DNA from: Candidatus Moraniibacteriota bacterium
GTDB lineage: Bacteria > Patescibacteriota > Minisyncoccia > Moranbacterales > UBA1568
NCBI GenBank assembly: GCA_028688415.1
Contig: JAQTYF010000001.1
Span: 144,627 to 208,626, forward strand
Length of the DNA: 64,000 nucleotides
Direction of reading: 5' to 3'
The notes beneath the pieces are model-generated. The model was not told the DNA's origin. It ran no database searches and saw nothing but the letters and a program-made list of their open reading frames with translations. The first letter of the stretch is position 1. Each line of letters opens with the position of its first letter. This document shows positions 1 through 9,161 of the stretch, in pieces. The position numbers and the translations under genes are program-made.

Positions 1-137
1 AGGAGTAAATAATGGTAAAAATCCGACGACTGCTCTTTGTGGGGAGGATCCTTCCTGTTTTAAGTAGTGGATTTCAAATTCAACCTATACGAGTTATTGG
101 TCTATAGATGAGATGTATATATCAAAAGATCTATCTA

Positions 138-1037
138 CTAAAGAAAAGTTACTCTTTCAATACAAAGACGAAAACATTTTTTCTTATGGAGGATGAACTC
201 TTTCATGTCTTTTTTTAGGAATGTAATTGCTGGGATTGTTTCTGGATTTCGGTCGAAAATGGTTACGAAGTTAGTGTGTGAATGTGCATACAGGATATCG
301 TTTTTGTCGCAGACAGTGTAAAACATTTTCTTTTTCTTTTCTATTTGAGCGCGCTTCTTTTTTGTTTCTGTAATATTTGTCACTTTTAGCGTGTTTAAAA
401 GAGTGAAAATAGATGTTGTCGCGATAGGATATTGAGGTAATGCCTCTCGTAGTATTTGTATTGTTTTTTTATTACTAATAATATAGCCAATTCGTTCAGT
501 TTCTAAAGAGAAGAACTTTGAAAATGTACGAAGGATAATGGTATTTTTTTTATGGAGAGCTTGTTGAATCAAGGATATTGGGACATAATCCCCGTATGAT
601 TCATCGATAATACAAAGGTTGCTCTTATTAACTATATGGATTAACTCATTCGAATTGAGATATAATCCGAGCTTATTGTCTGGATTGGTGATGTAGAGTA
701 TGTCGGTAGGATTAGACAGACCAGGCAGGAGAAACTTTCTAACGCCCGAACATACGTCCCAGAAAGTTTTCTGTTCTGTTGCAATTCTTGCATTTTCAGT
801 AATTAGCTGTGTAGCGTAGTGATAATTCAAATCAAGGTATGTAACATTTTTGTCTTTAAGGATTGTTCTTACAAGTGTATGTATAGCAGCATCAGCGCCA
901 TTCGTAAAAAGGATACATTCGTAAGGAATATCTTTTATACTAAAATATCGTGCCAGAGCACCTCTGATATATTGTGATACGGCATTATCCGAGTTAATGT
1001 CGACAAGCTCATTGCTGTTGAGAGATGGTAGATTCAT
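138..1037 (-). CDS. PLP-dependent aminotransferase, class I/II (HisC/CobD-like fold)
   Basis: 299-aa ORF with motif RTFSKFFSLETERIGYII matching the class I/II PLP-lysine region (xSKxxGLxGxRxGY); TNGADAAI resembles the TNGSxEAI segment. Shorter than typical (~350 aa). Confidence 0.55.
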   Translation of the reverse strand: MNLPSLNSNELVDINSDNAVSQYIRGALARYFSIKDIPYECILFTNGADAAIHTLVRTILKDKNVTYLDLNYHYATQLITENARIATEQKTFWDVCSGVRKFLLPGLSNPTDILYITNPDNKLGLYLNSNELIHIVNKSNLCIIDESYGDYVPISLIQQALHKKNTIILRTFSKFFSLETERIGYIISNKKTIQILREALPQYPIATTSIFTLLNTLKVTNITETKKKRAQIEKKKKMFYTVCDKNDILYAHSHTNFVTIFDRNPETIPAITFLKKDMKEFILHKKKCFRLCIERVTFL

Positions 1038-2068
1038 ATTGATTTATTCTGTATCATTGTATCAATCTTAATAAGATCACTAATAATTTTTTCTGCCGAT
1101 TTTGATCGACTAAAATTTGATCCAAATTGTCTTATTTCTATTCCTGGTATTTGATTATTTATCACTCTTGGGCGCATATTGAATGCACTCCATTTCTTGT
1201 AAGCAGTATCAATATCTTTCGTTTTAGCAGTTTTCAAGAGTCTTTTTGTAAACGTGGTAAAGTAGTTAATTGCATTCAATGAATTATTAGGAATTGAAAA
1301 ATTGGCGCCAATTTTTGAAGTATGTACAGAGAGAAACTTCTTTAGGAAGATATTTCGGATATTTTTCTTAAAATGCACCATCTTTCCGTTTCGAAAAAGT
1401 TTTTTGTTACCGCGGTCATATTTTTCGTATCTCGAGATGAGTGTTTGTGTTAGACGGAGTATTTTTATATAATCTTTGAATGAAAACTGGTTTGAATATG
1501 TTGGATGAAATGTGATATGAAATGAGTTGATATGATTGTAGGTCCCAATTACTTTTTCAGATATTCTATTGAAAGACCAGGTAATATCTTTATATTGTTT
1601 GATATATTTTTTATATTTTGGTAATACAATATTTCTCCCGTCTTTTTGATCTGATAAAATTGTAAGATCAGAGCATAAGTATTGGTTTGAAAATGAACTT
1701 CCTTCATCAGAGAGAGCAATCCTATAGTATCTTGCCAGTTTAGGATAGGTTTTCTTTACAAATTTTTGTAGTTTGTTCTCAACAAATAAGTGGAGCTGGT
1801 TGATTTTTTTTAGGCCATCAAATACTTCATTAATGTGGTAAGGTTTTGATATAATCTCAATAAGACACTGGCTATATTCCTCGACAATAATATGATTATG
1901 CGGGAGCTTGGTATTCATAAGAAAAAGAAGGAATTCCTGTGCGAGATTTAAATTATACACTCGATCATCTTTCTTTGAATGAGCTTGTAAGAGAAATTCT
2001 TTCTCAAAGCCAAATTCAATTGGTAGATTAAGCTTCGTTGTAGCCATTTTCAATTCATTAATGTCCAT
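1034..2068 (-). CDS. putative carboxylate-amine ligase (glutamate-cysteine ligase family 2-like)
   Basis: 344 aa; N-terminal LPIEFGFEKEF resembles the GCS2/YbdK xGxEEE start motif. 4-nt overlaps with both neighbours suggest an operon. Family assignment is tentative. Confidence 0.35.
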   Translation of the reverse strand: MDINELKMATTKLNLPIEFGFEKEFLLQAHSKKDDRVYNLNLAQEFLLFLMNTKLPHNHIIVEEYSQCLIEIISKPYHINEVFDGLKKINQLHLFVENKLQKFVKKTYPKLARYYRIALSDEGSSFSNQYLCSDLTILSDQKDGRNIVLPKYKKYIKQYKDITWSFNRISEKVIGTYNHINSFHITFHPTYSNQFSFKDYIKILRLTQTLISRYEKYDRGNKKLFRNGKMVHFKKNIRNIFLKKFLSVHTSKIGANFSIPNNSLNAINYFTTFTKRLLKTAKTKDIDTAYKKWSAFNMRPRVINNQIPGIEIRQFGSNFSRSKSAEKIISDLIKIDTMIQNKSI

Positions 2069-2867
2069 ATTTTTTTCTATATCTTATAAGTCTGCCTTCA
2101 GCTTGTTTTATTAAATTTGTATTATTTCTTATATGAGTAACTCGCCAGATCCAAAAGTCGATACCGGCAAATATAATCCAATCTTTCGCTTCTTTTCCCA
2201 GTGTAAGTGATGTTTGCCCGATTTTATTATATTCATGTATGAAGTGTTTGAGTCCAGTTAAAGTTTGAAGAGGTATTAGTCCAGACCAATAGAGTTTTGC
2301 GATATCAAAATAAGGAGAAGAATATGTTGCTTCATCGAAGTCAATCAGAAAGATTTCCCCTGAAACTTTGCGTAAATTGGAGAGGGTTATATCGCCATGC
2401 GTTAAAGAAGATGTACTTTTTGATTTTGTATAGCGACTGATACGTTTGATAAGTTGATGAATATCTATATCTATTATTTTTTTGATATCTGTGGCGTGTT
2501 GTTGTAAATGTCGAAATCTCTTTTCAATGAGTCTTCGAGGAGTCTGTTTTTTGATTTTGTGTAAACGAGAGAGCGTTTGAGCCAAAGATGTTACATCGTT
2601 TTTTGTGAAAGATCGGAGTCCTGTTCCTACAGATGTCATAATGATGTAGGGCCTTCCTTCTGTCGATCCATTTTTGATAAATTTTGGCATGTAATCAAAT
2701 CCAGAATTGAAAGCAGAAATTTCAGATTTATAGTAGGATTTTTCGGAATAAATTTTAAGGATAAGGCCATGTTTTTTGTCTTGATAGACATCGTTAGCGA
2801 AGCCACCTTTACGCACGGTGAAGCCCTCCGGTATGTGAGATATATTTGTTAGGTTATTTGCTTTCAT
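2058..2867 (-). CDS. aminoglycoside/choline-kinase-like phosphotransferase (APH family)
   Basis: HGDITLSNL catalytic loop (HGDxxxxN) and LIDFDEA (Mg-binding DxD-like) typical of APH/ChoK protein-kinase-like fold. Confidence 0.6.
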   Translation of the reverse strand: MKANNLTNISHIPEGFTVRKGGFANDVYQDKKHGLILKIYSEKSYYKSEISAFNSGFDYMPKFIKNGSTEGRPYIIMTSVGTGLRSFTKNDVTSLAQTLSRLHKIKKQTPRRLIEKRFRHLQQHATDIKKIIDIDIHQLIKRISRYTKSKSTSSLTHGDITLSNLRKVSGEIFLIDFDEATYSSPYFDIAKLYWSGLIPLQTLTGLKHFIHEYNKIGQTSLTLGKEAKDWIIFAGIDFWIWRVTHIRNNTNLIKQAEGRLIRYRKKYGH

Positions 2868-2917
2868 TGGTTTTTTATTATAGTATATACGTATTATTAT
2901 ATAATAAATACAGAATT

Positions 2918-3472
2918 ATGAATACGTCACTTTTTCATAGAATTCAGCAAGAAAAGGCTCCTGAGATCTTATTCCTCTTGGTTGAGATCAGTCAGGGTGA
3001 TTACAATAAATATGAGTATAACCATGATATTGGTGTCCTTGAAGTTGATCGTGTGCTCTATGGACCAATGTTTTACCCAATTAATTACTGCGATGTTCCA
3101 GGAACTTGGAACGATGGGGATAAAGACCCTCTTGATGCCCTTCTCTTTAGCAGCAAACCGATTGTTCCGGGCGCTATGGTTACAGGAAGAGTTATTGGTG
3201 CAATGGAGATGATCGATAATGGCGAAATTGATCATAAGATTGTTTGTGTAAATGCAAAAGATCCTCGCTTTGATCACGTGAAGAAGATTGAAGATCTGAC
3301 ACCGTATCAACGCAAAGATGTCGTAACCTTTTTTGAGCTTTACAAAATTCCTCAGACAGGTAAAGATACCACGACAGTTGGAAAGTTTATGGATTTTGAT
3401 GAGGCTGCTGTATTTATTCAGAAATGTATAGATGCATATAAAGAGAAATTCGGAAACATACAAGGTAATTAG
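2918..3472 (+). CDS. ppa: inorganic pyrophosphatase (family I)
   Basis: DYNKYEYNHDIG...YPINYCDVPGTWNDGDKDPLDALLF matches soluble PPase active-site signature (DGDPLDVLV region). Start chosen at ATG 2918, since the longer ORF overlaps the convergent kinase gene. Confidence 0.85.
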   Translation: MNTSLFHRIQQEKAPEILFLLVEISQGDYNKYEYNHDIGVLEVDRVLYGPMFYPINYCDVPGTWNDGDKDPLDALLFSSKPIVPGAMVTGRVIGAMEMIDNGEIDHKIVCVNAKDPRFDHVKKIEDLTPYQRKDVVTFFELYKIPQTGKDTTTVGKFMDFDEAAVFIQKCIDAYKEKFGNIQGN

Positions 3473-3480
3473 AATTCTTT

Positions 3481-4854
3481 ATGAACAGCGCTGACTTGCT
3501 TGATTTAGAGAAGAAGTATTGTTCTTACGGAGACACTGTTCATTACGCTGAAAATCCGAAGATTTTTTCACGATGTGAAGGATCATATCTTTTTGATGAA
3601 AAAGATATGAGATATTTTGATTTGCAAATGTGGTATTCCGCCGTTAACCTTGGTTATGCAAACAAGAATATAAACACCGCGGTGAAAAAACAGATTGATA
3701 CTTTACCCCAAATTGCATCACAATATCTTCATCAGGGAAAAATTGAACTCGCCGCACGCTTGTGTACGGAAACAGAAAAGCGATTTGGTGTGAAAGGACG
3801 GGTCCATTTTAACGTTGGTGGTGCGCAAGCTATTGAAGATGCTCTGAAACTTGTTCGAATGCGAACAAAAGCAAATGGAGTATTTGCTTTTATGGGAGGA
3901 TATCATGGGAGAACAATTGCAGCCTCCGCAATTACTTCTAGCTATCGATATCGAAGTCGTTTCGGTCACTTTGGTGATCGTGCATTTTTCGTTGAATTTC
4001 CTTACGCTTTTCGTTGTCCAGAAAAAGGTGTAGACATAACTGATTATTATATCAGCAAGTTCAAACGATTGTTTGAGACAGAATATCATGGCATTTATGA
4101 TAGCAGAGATGGCGCGTGTGAATATCGTGCATTTTTTGCTGAACCGATCCAGGGGACAGGTGGTTATATCATTCCTCCGAAAAATTTCTTTAAAGAATTA
4201 AAAAAAGTACTCGACCAATACGGCATTCTTCTTGTTGTTGATGAAATTCAGATGGGGTTTTATCGTACTGGAAAACTTTGGAGCATTGAACATTTTGACG
4301 TTGTTCCAGATATTATTGTTTTTGGTAAGGCACTTACAAATGGGTTAAATCCGCTCTCTGGGATTTGGGCAAAGGAAGGACTTATTGAACCAAGTGTATT
4401 TCCACCGGGTTCTACTCATTCAACTTTCGCTTCTAATCCTCTTGGTACTACAGCAGGATTAGCTACTCTTGAAGCTTTTGATAATTGGACTGATCGAGAG
4501 CGTGATATTGAAGGAAAGGGTAAATATTTTTTGAATAAGTTAAAACAACTGAAAGAGAAATTCCCACAGATTATTGGGGATGTAGATGGATTAGGACTTG
4601 CTCTTAGAATTGAGTTATGTGGAGATGATGGTCAGGTTCCGAGTAAAAAACGTGCTGATTTTATATTCAATGAGGGATTAAGGGGAGATCTTATATATGA
4701 CGGAAAACCAATTGGGCTTATTCTTGATATTGGTGGTTATTATAAGAATATAATAACTCTTGCACCGAACTTACTTATAACAGAAGACGAAATTGATATG
4801 GTGTCAGAGTTGCTTTCTCAATTGTTTGATAGAGTTAAAAAGAATGGGATATAA
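3481..4854 (+). CDS. class III PLP aminotransferase (acetylornithine/GABA aminotransferase family)
   Basis: VVDEIQMGFYRTGKLWSIEHFDVVPDIIVFGKALTNG matches class III signature (DEVQTGxGRTGxxxA...DIxxxxKxL) including the PLP-lysine. Confidence 0.8.
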   Translation: MNSADLLDLEKKYCSYGDTVHYAENPKIFSRCEGSYLFDEKDMRYFDLQMWYSAVNLGYANKNINTAVKKQIDTLPQIASQYLHQGKIELAARLCTETEKRFGVKGRVHFNVGGAQAIEDALKLVRMRTKANGVFAFMGGYHGRTIAASAITSSYRYRSRFGHFGDRAFFVEFPYAFRCPEKGVDITDYYISKFKRLFETEYHGIYDSRDGACEYRAFFAEPIQGTGGYIIPPKNFFKELKKVLDQYGILLVVDEIQMGFYRTGKLWSIEHFDVVPDIIVFGKALTNGLNPLSGIWAKEGLIEPSVFPPGSTHSTFASNPLGTTAGLATLEAFDNWTDRERDIEGKGKYFLNKLKQLKEKFPQIIGDVDGLGLALRIELCGDDGQVPSKKRADFIFNEGLRGDLIYDGKPIGLILDIGGYYKNIITLAPNLLITEDEIDMVSELLSQLFDRVKKNGI

Positions 4855-6151
4855 GTTAGTAGATTTTGAATCTTTCAATTCTTTAGCAAAGCAATCACGT
4901 ATTTTGCCAAAGCGATTATGTTTGCCAGGGCAAAATGTTTCTTGGCGCATTGGAAAAGAATCATACCAATTACCTTTTTCTAATAAAATAAGAGAAAGAC
5001 TTGCCTTACTTGGGATGCTCTGTAAGAAATATCATGATGCTGTTGAGGATCTTTTTTTTCATGATACAGAATTTAGGAAAAAAGTGAATATGTATCGAGA
5101 AAAATCATTTCTCGATAATTTTAATCGAGCTAAGGATTTATCATCTGGGAATATTTTTTATCGACCAGACTTGGTTATAACAGAAGATTCACAATTTAAA
5201 ATTGCTGAAATAGATGCTCTTCCTGGGGAGTTGGGTGTCCATAGTTTTTTATTGAATGCTTATGGGAGTTCTGTAAATAAGATTGTTCAATCTTTTGAAG
5301 ATGTATTGAAAAAATTTCAACTTTCACAGAGTATAGATTTTGTTATTGATTCTATAATTTCTGAAGATGAATATGTCGCTGAGTATACGTACCTTGCGAG
5401 CTGTTTGTCCAGATCAGATATTACAATGCGTATATATAATATTAACGAATATTCTGGTCCAGAAAGAGAAGGCGTCTTGGTTTATAGATTTTTTGATATG
5501 GTACGAAATAATCAGGTACAGATACACACTATTCTTGATCGAATTAAAGAAACTAAATCATATTTGTATCCACCAATAAAACATTATCTCGAGGAGAAGT
5601 TTTCATTAAGCTGTGTACACGATAAGAATGTAGAAACAATATTTTTGCGACATTTTACAAATGAAGAGCTGTCTCTTTTTAGAGATCTTCTGCCAAAAGT
5701 TCATTATCTCGATAAACAGAGTCGATTAATTTTTCCGCCGATTCAATATAATGGTAGTTCTGTAGTAAATTTTTCAGATCTGGCTTTGTTGGCGCCAAAT
5801 ATACCATATGTTCTTAAAACGAGTGCTTTCTCAGATCAATTTTCTACATCGAAAGGGGCTATTCTCTTAGAAGGGTTGTCAAAAGAACAGATAAATAGTT
5901 TACTCGAAGAACATATAAACAAGTTTGATGAACACTTTATATTGCAAGAAAAGATTACGCCACTCATTGTTGGCGTACAAGTGGTTGATTCGAATGGCAT
6001 AAACCAAGAAGTGAGGGGATTTTCGCGACTAACTCCTTTCTATTTTGTGCAAAAGAGAAAAATTGCACTTGTATCTTCTCATATAGTAATTCGAGAGAAG
6101 AATTTTGATGTTCATTTTGCTTCAGATTCTGTTGTTATACCGGCGTATTAA
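4844..6151 (+). CDS. hypothetical protein (435 aa), possibly an amide-forming ligase; unassigned
   Basis: Long ORF in frame with coding-like composition; ATG at 4844 overlaps the upstream stop (ATGGGATATAA). No motif recognised. Confidence 0.5.
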   Translation: MGYKLVDFESFNSLAKQSRILPKRLCLPGQNVSWRIGKESYQLPFSNKIRERLALLGMLCKKYHDAVEDLFFHDTEFRKKVNMYREKSFLDNFNRAKDLSSGNIFYRPDLVITEDSQFKIAEIDALPGELGVHSFLLNAYGSSVNKIVQSFEDVLKKFQLSQSIDFVIDSIISEDEYVAEYTYLASCLSRSDITMRIYNINEYSGPEREGVLVYRFFDMVRNNQVQIHTILDRIKETKSYLYPPIKHYLEEKFSLSCVHDKNVETIFLRHFTNEELSLFRDLLPKVHYLDKQSRLIFPPIQYNGSSVVNFSDLALLAPNIPYVLKTSAFSDQFSTSKGAILLEGLSKEQINSLLEEHINKFDEHFILQEKITPLIVGVQVVDSNGINQEVRGFSRLTPFYFVQKRKIALVSSHIVIREKNFDVHFASDSVVIPAY

Positions 6152-6156
6152 GAATT

Positions 6157-6828
6157 TCAAGATTTTTGAATGATTTGAAGTATTTCGTGGAAGTTTCTGA
6201 AAAGACAGGATTTTTTTTTCCTGTCGCGTAATAGTGTGAAAAGTTTCTCTTTTGCAAAAACGGTTGAACAGTGGCGAGCTCCTTCAATATCAGAAATTCC
6301 GTCGCCTATATAGATTGTATCGTTAGGATGAATAGGGATTGTTTTGATAATATGCTTGATAATTTGTGGTTTGCAATTTGCACAGACATTATTATGAATA
6401 CAAGGATATAAATCAGAAGAATCAGATAGTGGTATAAATTTTATCATTTTTTCGGACATAAATTTTATATCATTTGCGTAGATAGAAGTGAAATATATCT
6501 TGTGAATTGTGAGGAATTGTTCGATGAGTGTATTTATTCCATCGCTTATAATAAAGAGAGGGATGCCCTTGTCTTTACAAAATTGCGAGAATTCGATAAA
6601 ACCATTTTCTAGATGCAATTTACCCGCAAGATCAAAAATATCCGTAGCGTTCATTCTAATATTAGAGAATTGTTTTATAAGGCATTCTCTACTACCGATA
6701 GTGCCAGATGACCACTGCAGTTCAATATTTTTCCAGGTGTTGTCCACGCTGAACTGATTCAGTATTAAGTCTGTACTGTCTTCTTTTGCTATTGTCCCGT
6801 CAAAATCACAGAATATAGAATGTAACAT
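6157..6828 (-). CDS. HAD-superfamily phosphatase (subfamily IB, MtnX/phosphoserine-phosphatase-like)
   Basis: N-terminal FCDFDGTI (DxDGT motif I); IGDGISD near C-terminus (motif IV GDGxxD). Confidence 0.65.
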   Translation of the reverse strand: MLHSIFCDFDGTIAKEDSTDLILNQFSVDNTWKNIELQWSSGTIGSRECLIKQFSNIRMNATDIFDLAGKLHLENGFIEFSQFCKDKGIPLFIISDGINTLIEQFLTIHKIYFTSIYANDIKFMSEKMIKFIPLSDSSDLYPCIHNNVCANCKPQIIKHIIKTIPIHPNDTIYIGDGISDIEGARHCSTVFAKEKLFTLLRDRKKKSCLFRNFHEILQIIQKS

Positions 6829-7019
6829 ATACTTGTATTATATCAAAACTGCCCTAAGAAATGAAATAATAATAATTTGTACTGTATGTTAGGATTGATA
6901 TGAGTTTTTATAGTGGCATATTCTAAGGGTTGTTATGGTTCCATAGTATTTTTTGCAAAAAATGGGGATTTGGGGTAGAATATGAGTGTAAGAAGTGCCT
7001 TTTTGAGGTATTTTTTGTA

Positions 7020-7048
7020 TTGACAAATAGTAAAAAAAGTGATATAGT
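7020..7048 (+). promoter_or_regulatory. sigma70-like promoter TTGACA-17-TATAGT upstream of hss
   Basis: TTGACA at 7020-7025, 17-nt spacer, TATAGT at 7043-7048; 30 nt upstream of the 7079 start. Confidence 0.35.
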
Positions 7049-7078
7049 ATAAAATAAATTTATTTTTCGATAAACACT

Positions 7079-8506
7079 ATGATGACACAAGATTTCAAGA
7101 AAGACGTTCGATTCGATAAGAAAATGCTCATAATCGGTGGTGGATTTATCGGACAAGGAGTCTTGCCTCTCATACTGAAACATATCGATATCAAGCCAGA
7201 GCAGATATCAATCATCACTGCTGACGAACGAGGCAAAGAAACAGCTGCCTATTACGGTATACCGTTTTCTATCAATCCGATTTCCAAAGAAAATTATCGA
7301 GAAGTACTTGATCCACTTCTCTCTCCTGGAGATTTCTTGCTCAATCTCTCATCTGATATAGAGAGTACGCTTATCGTGGATTTCTGTAGCGAACGAGGGA
7401 TACTCTATCTCGATACTTGTATCGACTCATGGCTTGGAGAAAGTACCAACCCAGCACTTTCTGTTTCACAGCGATCTCTCTACAAATTGCGAGAACAAGC
7501 TATCAAGCTCAAAGAGAAATGGGGGAATACAAATGCTACTTCGGTACTCGCTCACGGAGCCAATCCTGGTATTGTATCGCACCTCGTGAAACAAGCACTT
7601 CTCAATATTGCAAAAGATGAAGGAAGAGATGTAGTCATCCCACAAACGAGAGAAGAATGGGCACGCCTCTCCCAATCACTCGGGATCCGGGCTATCCATG
7701 TCGCAGAGCGTGATACGCAGATTCCTACAGAACGAAAAAAAGTAGGTGAATTCATCAATACCTGGTCTATCGATGGATTGGTCGGTGAAGGACTCCAGCC
7801 AGCAGAGCTCGGATGGGGATCGCATGAGAAACATCTCCCTGTCGATGGGAGTAGACACACGTTTGGTGATCAGTCTGCTATCTATTTGAACAAACCAGGA
7901 GCATCAGTACGTGTCCGCACCTGGCTCCCTCTCGCTGGTCCACAGATCGGATATCTCATCACACACAATGAAGCTATTTCCCTCGCGAGTTATCTGACTC
8001 TCGGAACAGGGGAGAATCCAGAATATCGTCCGACAGTACACTATGCTTATCACCCTTGTGATGATGCGGTACTTTCGATTACAGAACTCGAAGAATCCAA
8101 TTGGAAAATTCAGGAACAAAAACGATCGATCACTGATGAAATTGTTTCGGGTATAGATGAACTCGGTGTTCTCTTGATCGGGAACAAACAGGGTGTGTAC
8201 TGGTTCGGATCACGACTCGATATCCATACTGCACGACAGCTCGCGCCATACAATTCTGCGACATCACTGCAGGTAGCTGCCGGTGTCGTAGCGGGGATGA
8301 TATGGGCGATGCGTCATCCAGAGAGTGGGATAGTCGAAGCAGAAGAAATGGATTTCAGAGAAGTGCTCGATATTGCTAGTCCATACTGGGGAGAGCTCGT
8401 CGGCGAATACAGTGATTGGGATCCGACGATAGGACGGAACACCCTTTTTCCCGAAGATATCGATACAGAAGATCCCTGGCAGTTCAAGAATTTCCGCGTA
8501 GTATAG
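7079..8506 (+). CDS. hss: homospermidine synthase (saccharopine-dehydrogenase-like NAD enzyme)
   Basis: 475 aa; N-terminal Rossmann motif MLIIGGGFIGQGVLPLILKH and overall length/organisation match bacterial homospermidine synthase. GC (~50%) clearly above neighbours. Confidence 0.65.
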   Translation: MMTQDFKKDVRFDKKMLIIGGGFIGQGVLPLILKHIDIKPEQISIITADERGKETAAYYGIPFSINPISKENYREVLDPLLSPGDFLLNLSSDIESTLIVDFCSERGILYLDTCIDSWLGESTNPALSVSQRSLYKLREQAIKLKEKWGNTNATSVLAHGANPGIVSHLVKQALLNIAKDEGRDVVIPQTREEWARLSQSLGIRAIHVAERDTQIPTERKKVGEFINTWSIDGLVGEGLQPAELGWGSHEKHLPVDGSRHTFGDQSAIYLNKPGASVRVRTWLPLAGPQIGYLITHNEAISLASYLTLGTGENPEYRPTVHYAYHPCDDAVLSITELEESNWKIQEQKRSITDEIVSGIDELGVLLIGNKQGVYWFGSRLDIHTARQLAPYNSATSLQVAAGVVAGMIWAMRHPESGIVEAEEMDFREVLDIASPYWGELVGEYSDWDPTIGRNTLFPEDIDTEDPWQFKNFRVV

Positions 8507-8534
8507 GCATTTATTGAGAATTTATAGAAAAGAA
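8484..8534. repeat. 51-bp perfect direct repeat, copy 1 (covers last 7 codons and stop of hss)
   Basis: ttcaagaatttccgcgtagtataggcatttattgagaatttatagaaaaga is identical at 8484-8534 and 10502-10552. Confidence 0.9.
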
Positions 8535-8586
8535 AAAAGAAGCAATGACGTAGCAATACTTCTTTAATTTCTTAAGTCAGTAGATA

Positions 8587-8865
8587 CTAACTTGAATAAA
8601 TGTGGTTCTTTCTATTGAACCTCGATTCGCTTCCGCAGATACGAACAGACCCATAGTTACCCTTGTTGCGATAATTCATCATTGAATCTGTTATCTCTGG
8701 AAGTTGTATTTTGAAATCAGCACTAAACTGAGTTTCAGCATTTGGTGCCGAAAGCATCATATACAGATTTCTTTCTGCGTAGTGTAAAGGAACGATATTT
8801 CTCATCAGTATTCTCCTGGTTAATTCAGAATTTCGGAAGGATGGCAACTTTCTTATAGCATGCAA
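8587..8865 (-). CDS. hypothetical small protein (92 aa) inside repeat-flanked cassette
   Basis: ORF only; no motif. Confidence 0.2.
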   Translation of the reverse strand: MHAIRKLPSFRNSELTRRILMRNIVPLHYAERNLYMMLSAPNAETQFSADFKIQLPEITDSMMNYRNKGNYGSVRICGSESRFNRKNHIYSS

Positions 8866-8986
8866 TAGTTATTTTGTACAATAGCTAGTAGGGGTATTTG
8901 TAATATTTTCACAGATTGACGAAAAACCGTTCTTATGATATTGTTTTCTTGCCATTATATCAATGGTGTTTTTAGGAGAATATCTC

Positions 8987-9106
8987 ATGAAGCAAGGCCT
9001 TTTCGGTGGTTCTGGTGGTCACGGCAATGGAAATGGTGGCTCTGGTGGCCAACGTGGTGGCGGTGGCGGTAGCACCGGTGGCGGTTCCGGGACTCGTGGC
9101 AAATAA
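8987..9106 (+). CDS. glycine-rich small peptide (39 aa), MKQGLFGGSGGHGNGNGGSGGQRGGGGGSTGGGSGTRGK
   Basis: Not in the ORF track (<60 aa). AGGAGA RBS at 8974-8979, 7 nt before ATG 8987; TAA stop at 9104-9106; lies 55 nt upstream of the M16 peptidase gene. Confidence 0.35.
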   Translation: MKQGLFGGSGGHGNGNGGSGGQRGGGGGSTGGGSGTRGK

Positions 9107-9161
9107 GTTCATCTGCCAAATCGCGTAATCTGCCAGTATGGCCTCGATCATCATTGTGTGA

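Noticed and set aside
2846-2917. Longer ppa start at 2846 (MLGYLLSL...)
   Set aside because: The extension overlaps the 3' end of the convergent kinase gene and is hydrophobic junk. ATG 2918 gives a canonical PPase N-terminus.
8987-9040. Double-glycine leader in the Gly-rich peptide (MKQGLFGG|...)
   Set aside because: Only 8 residues precede the first GG, and the LSxxELxxIxGG consensus is absent. The sequence does not look like a C39-cleaved bacteriocin leader.
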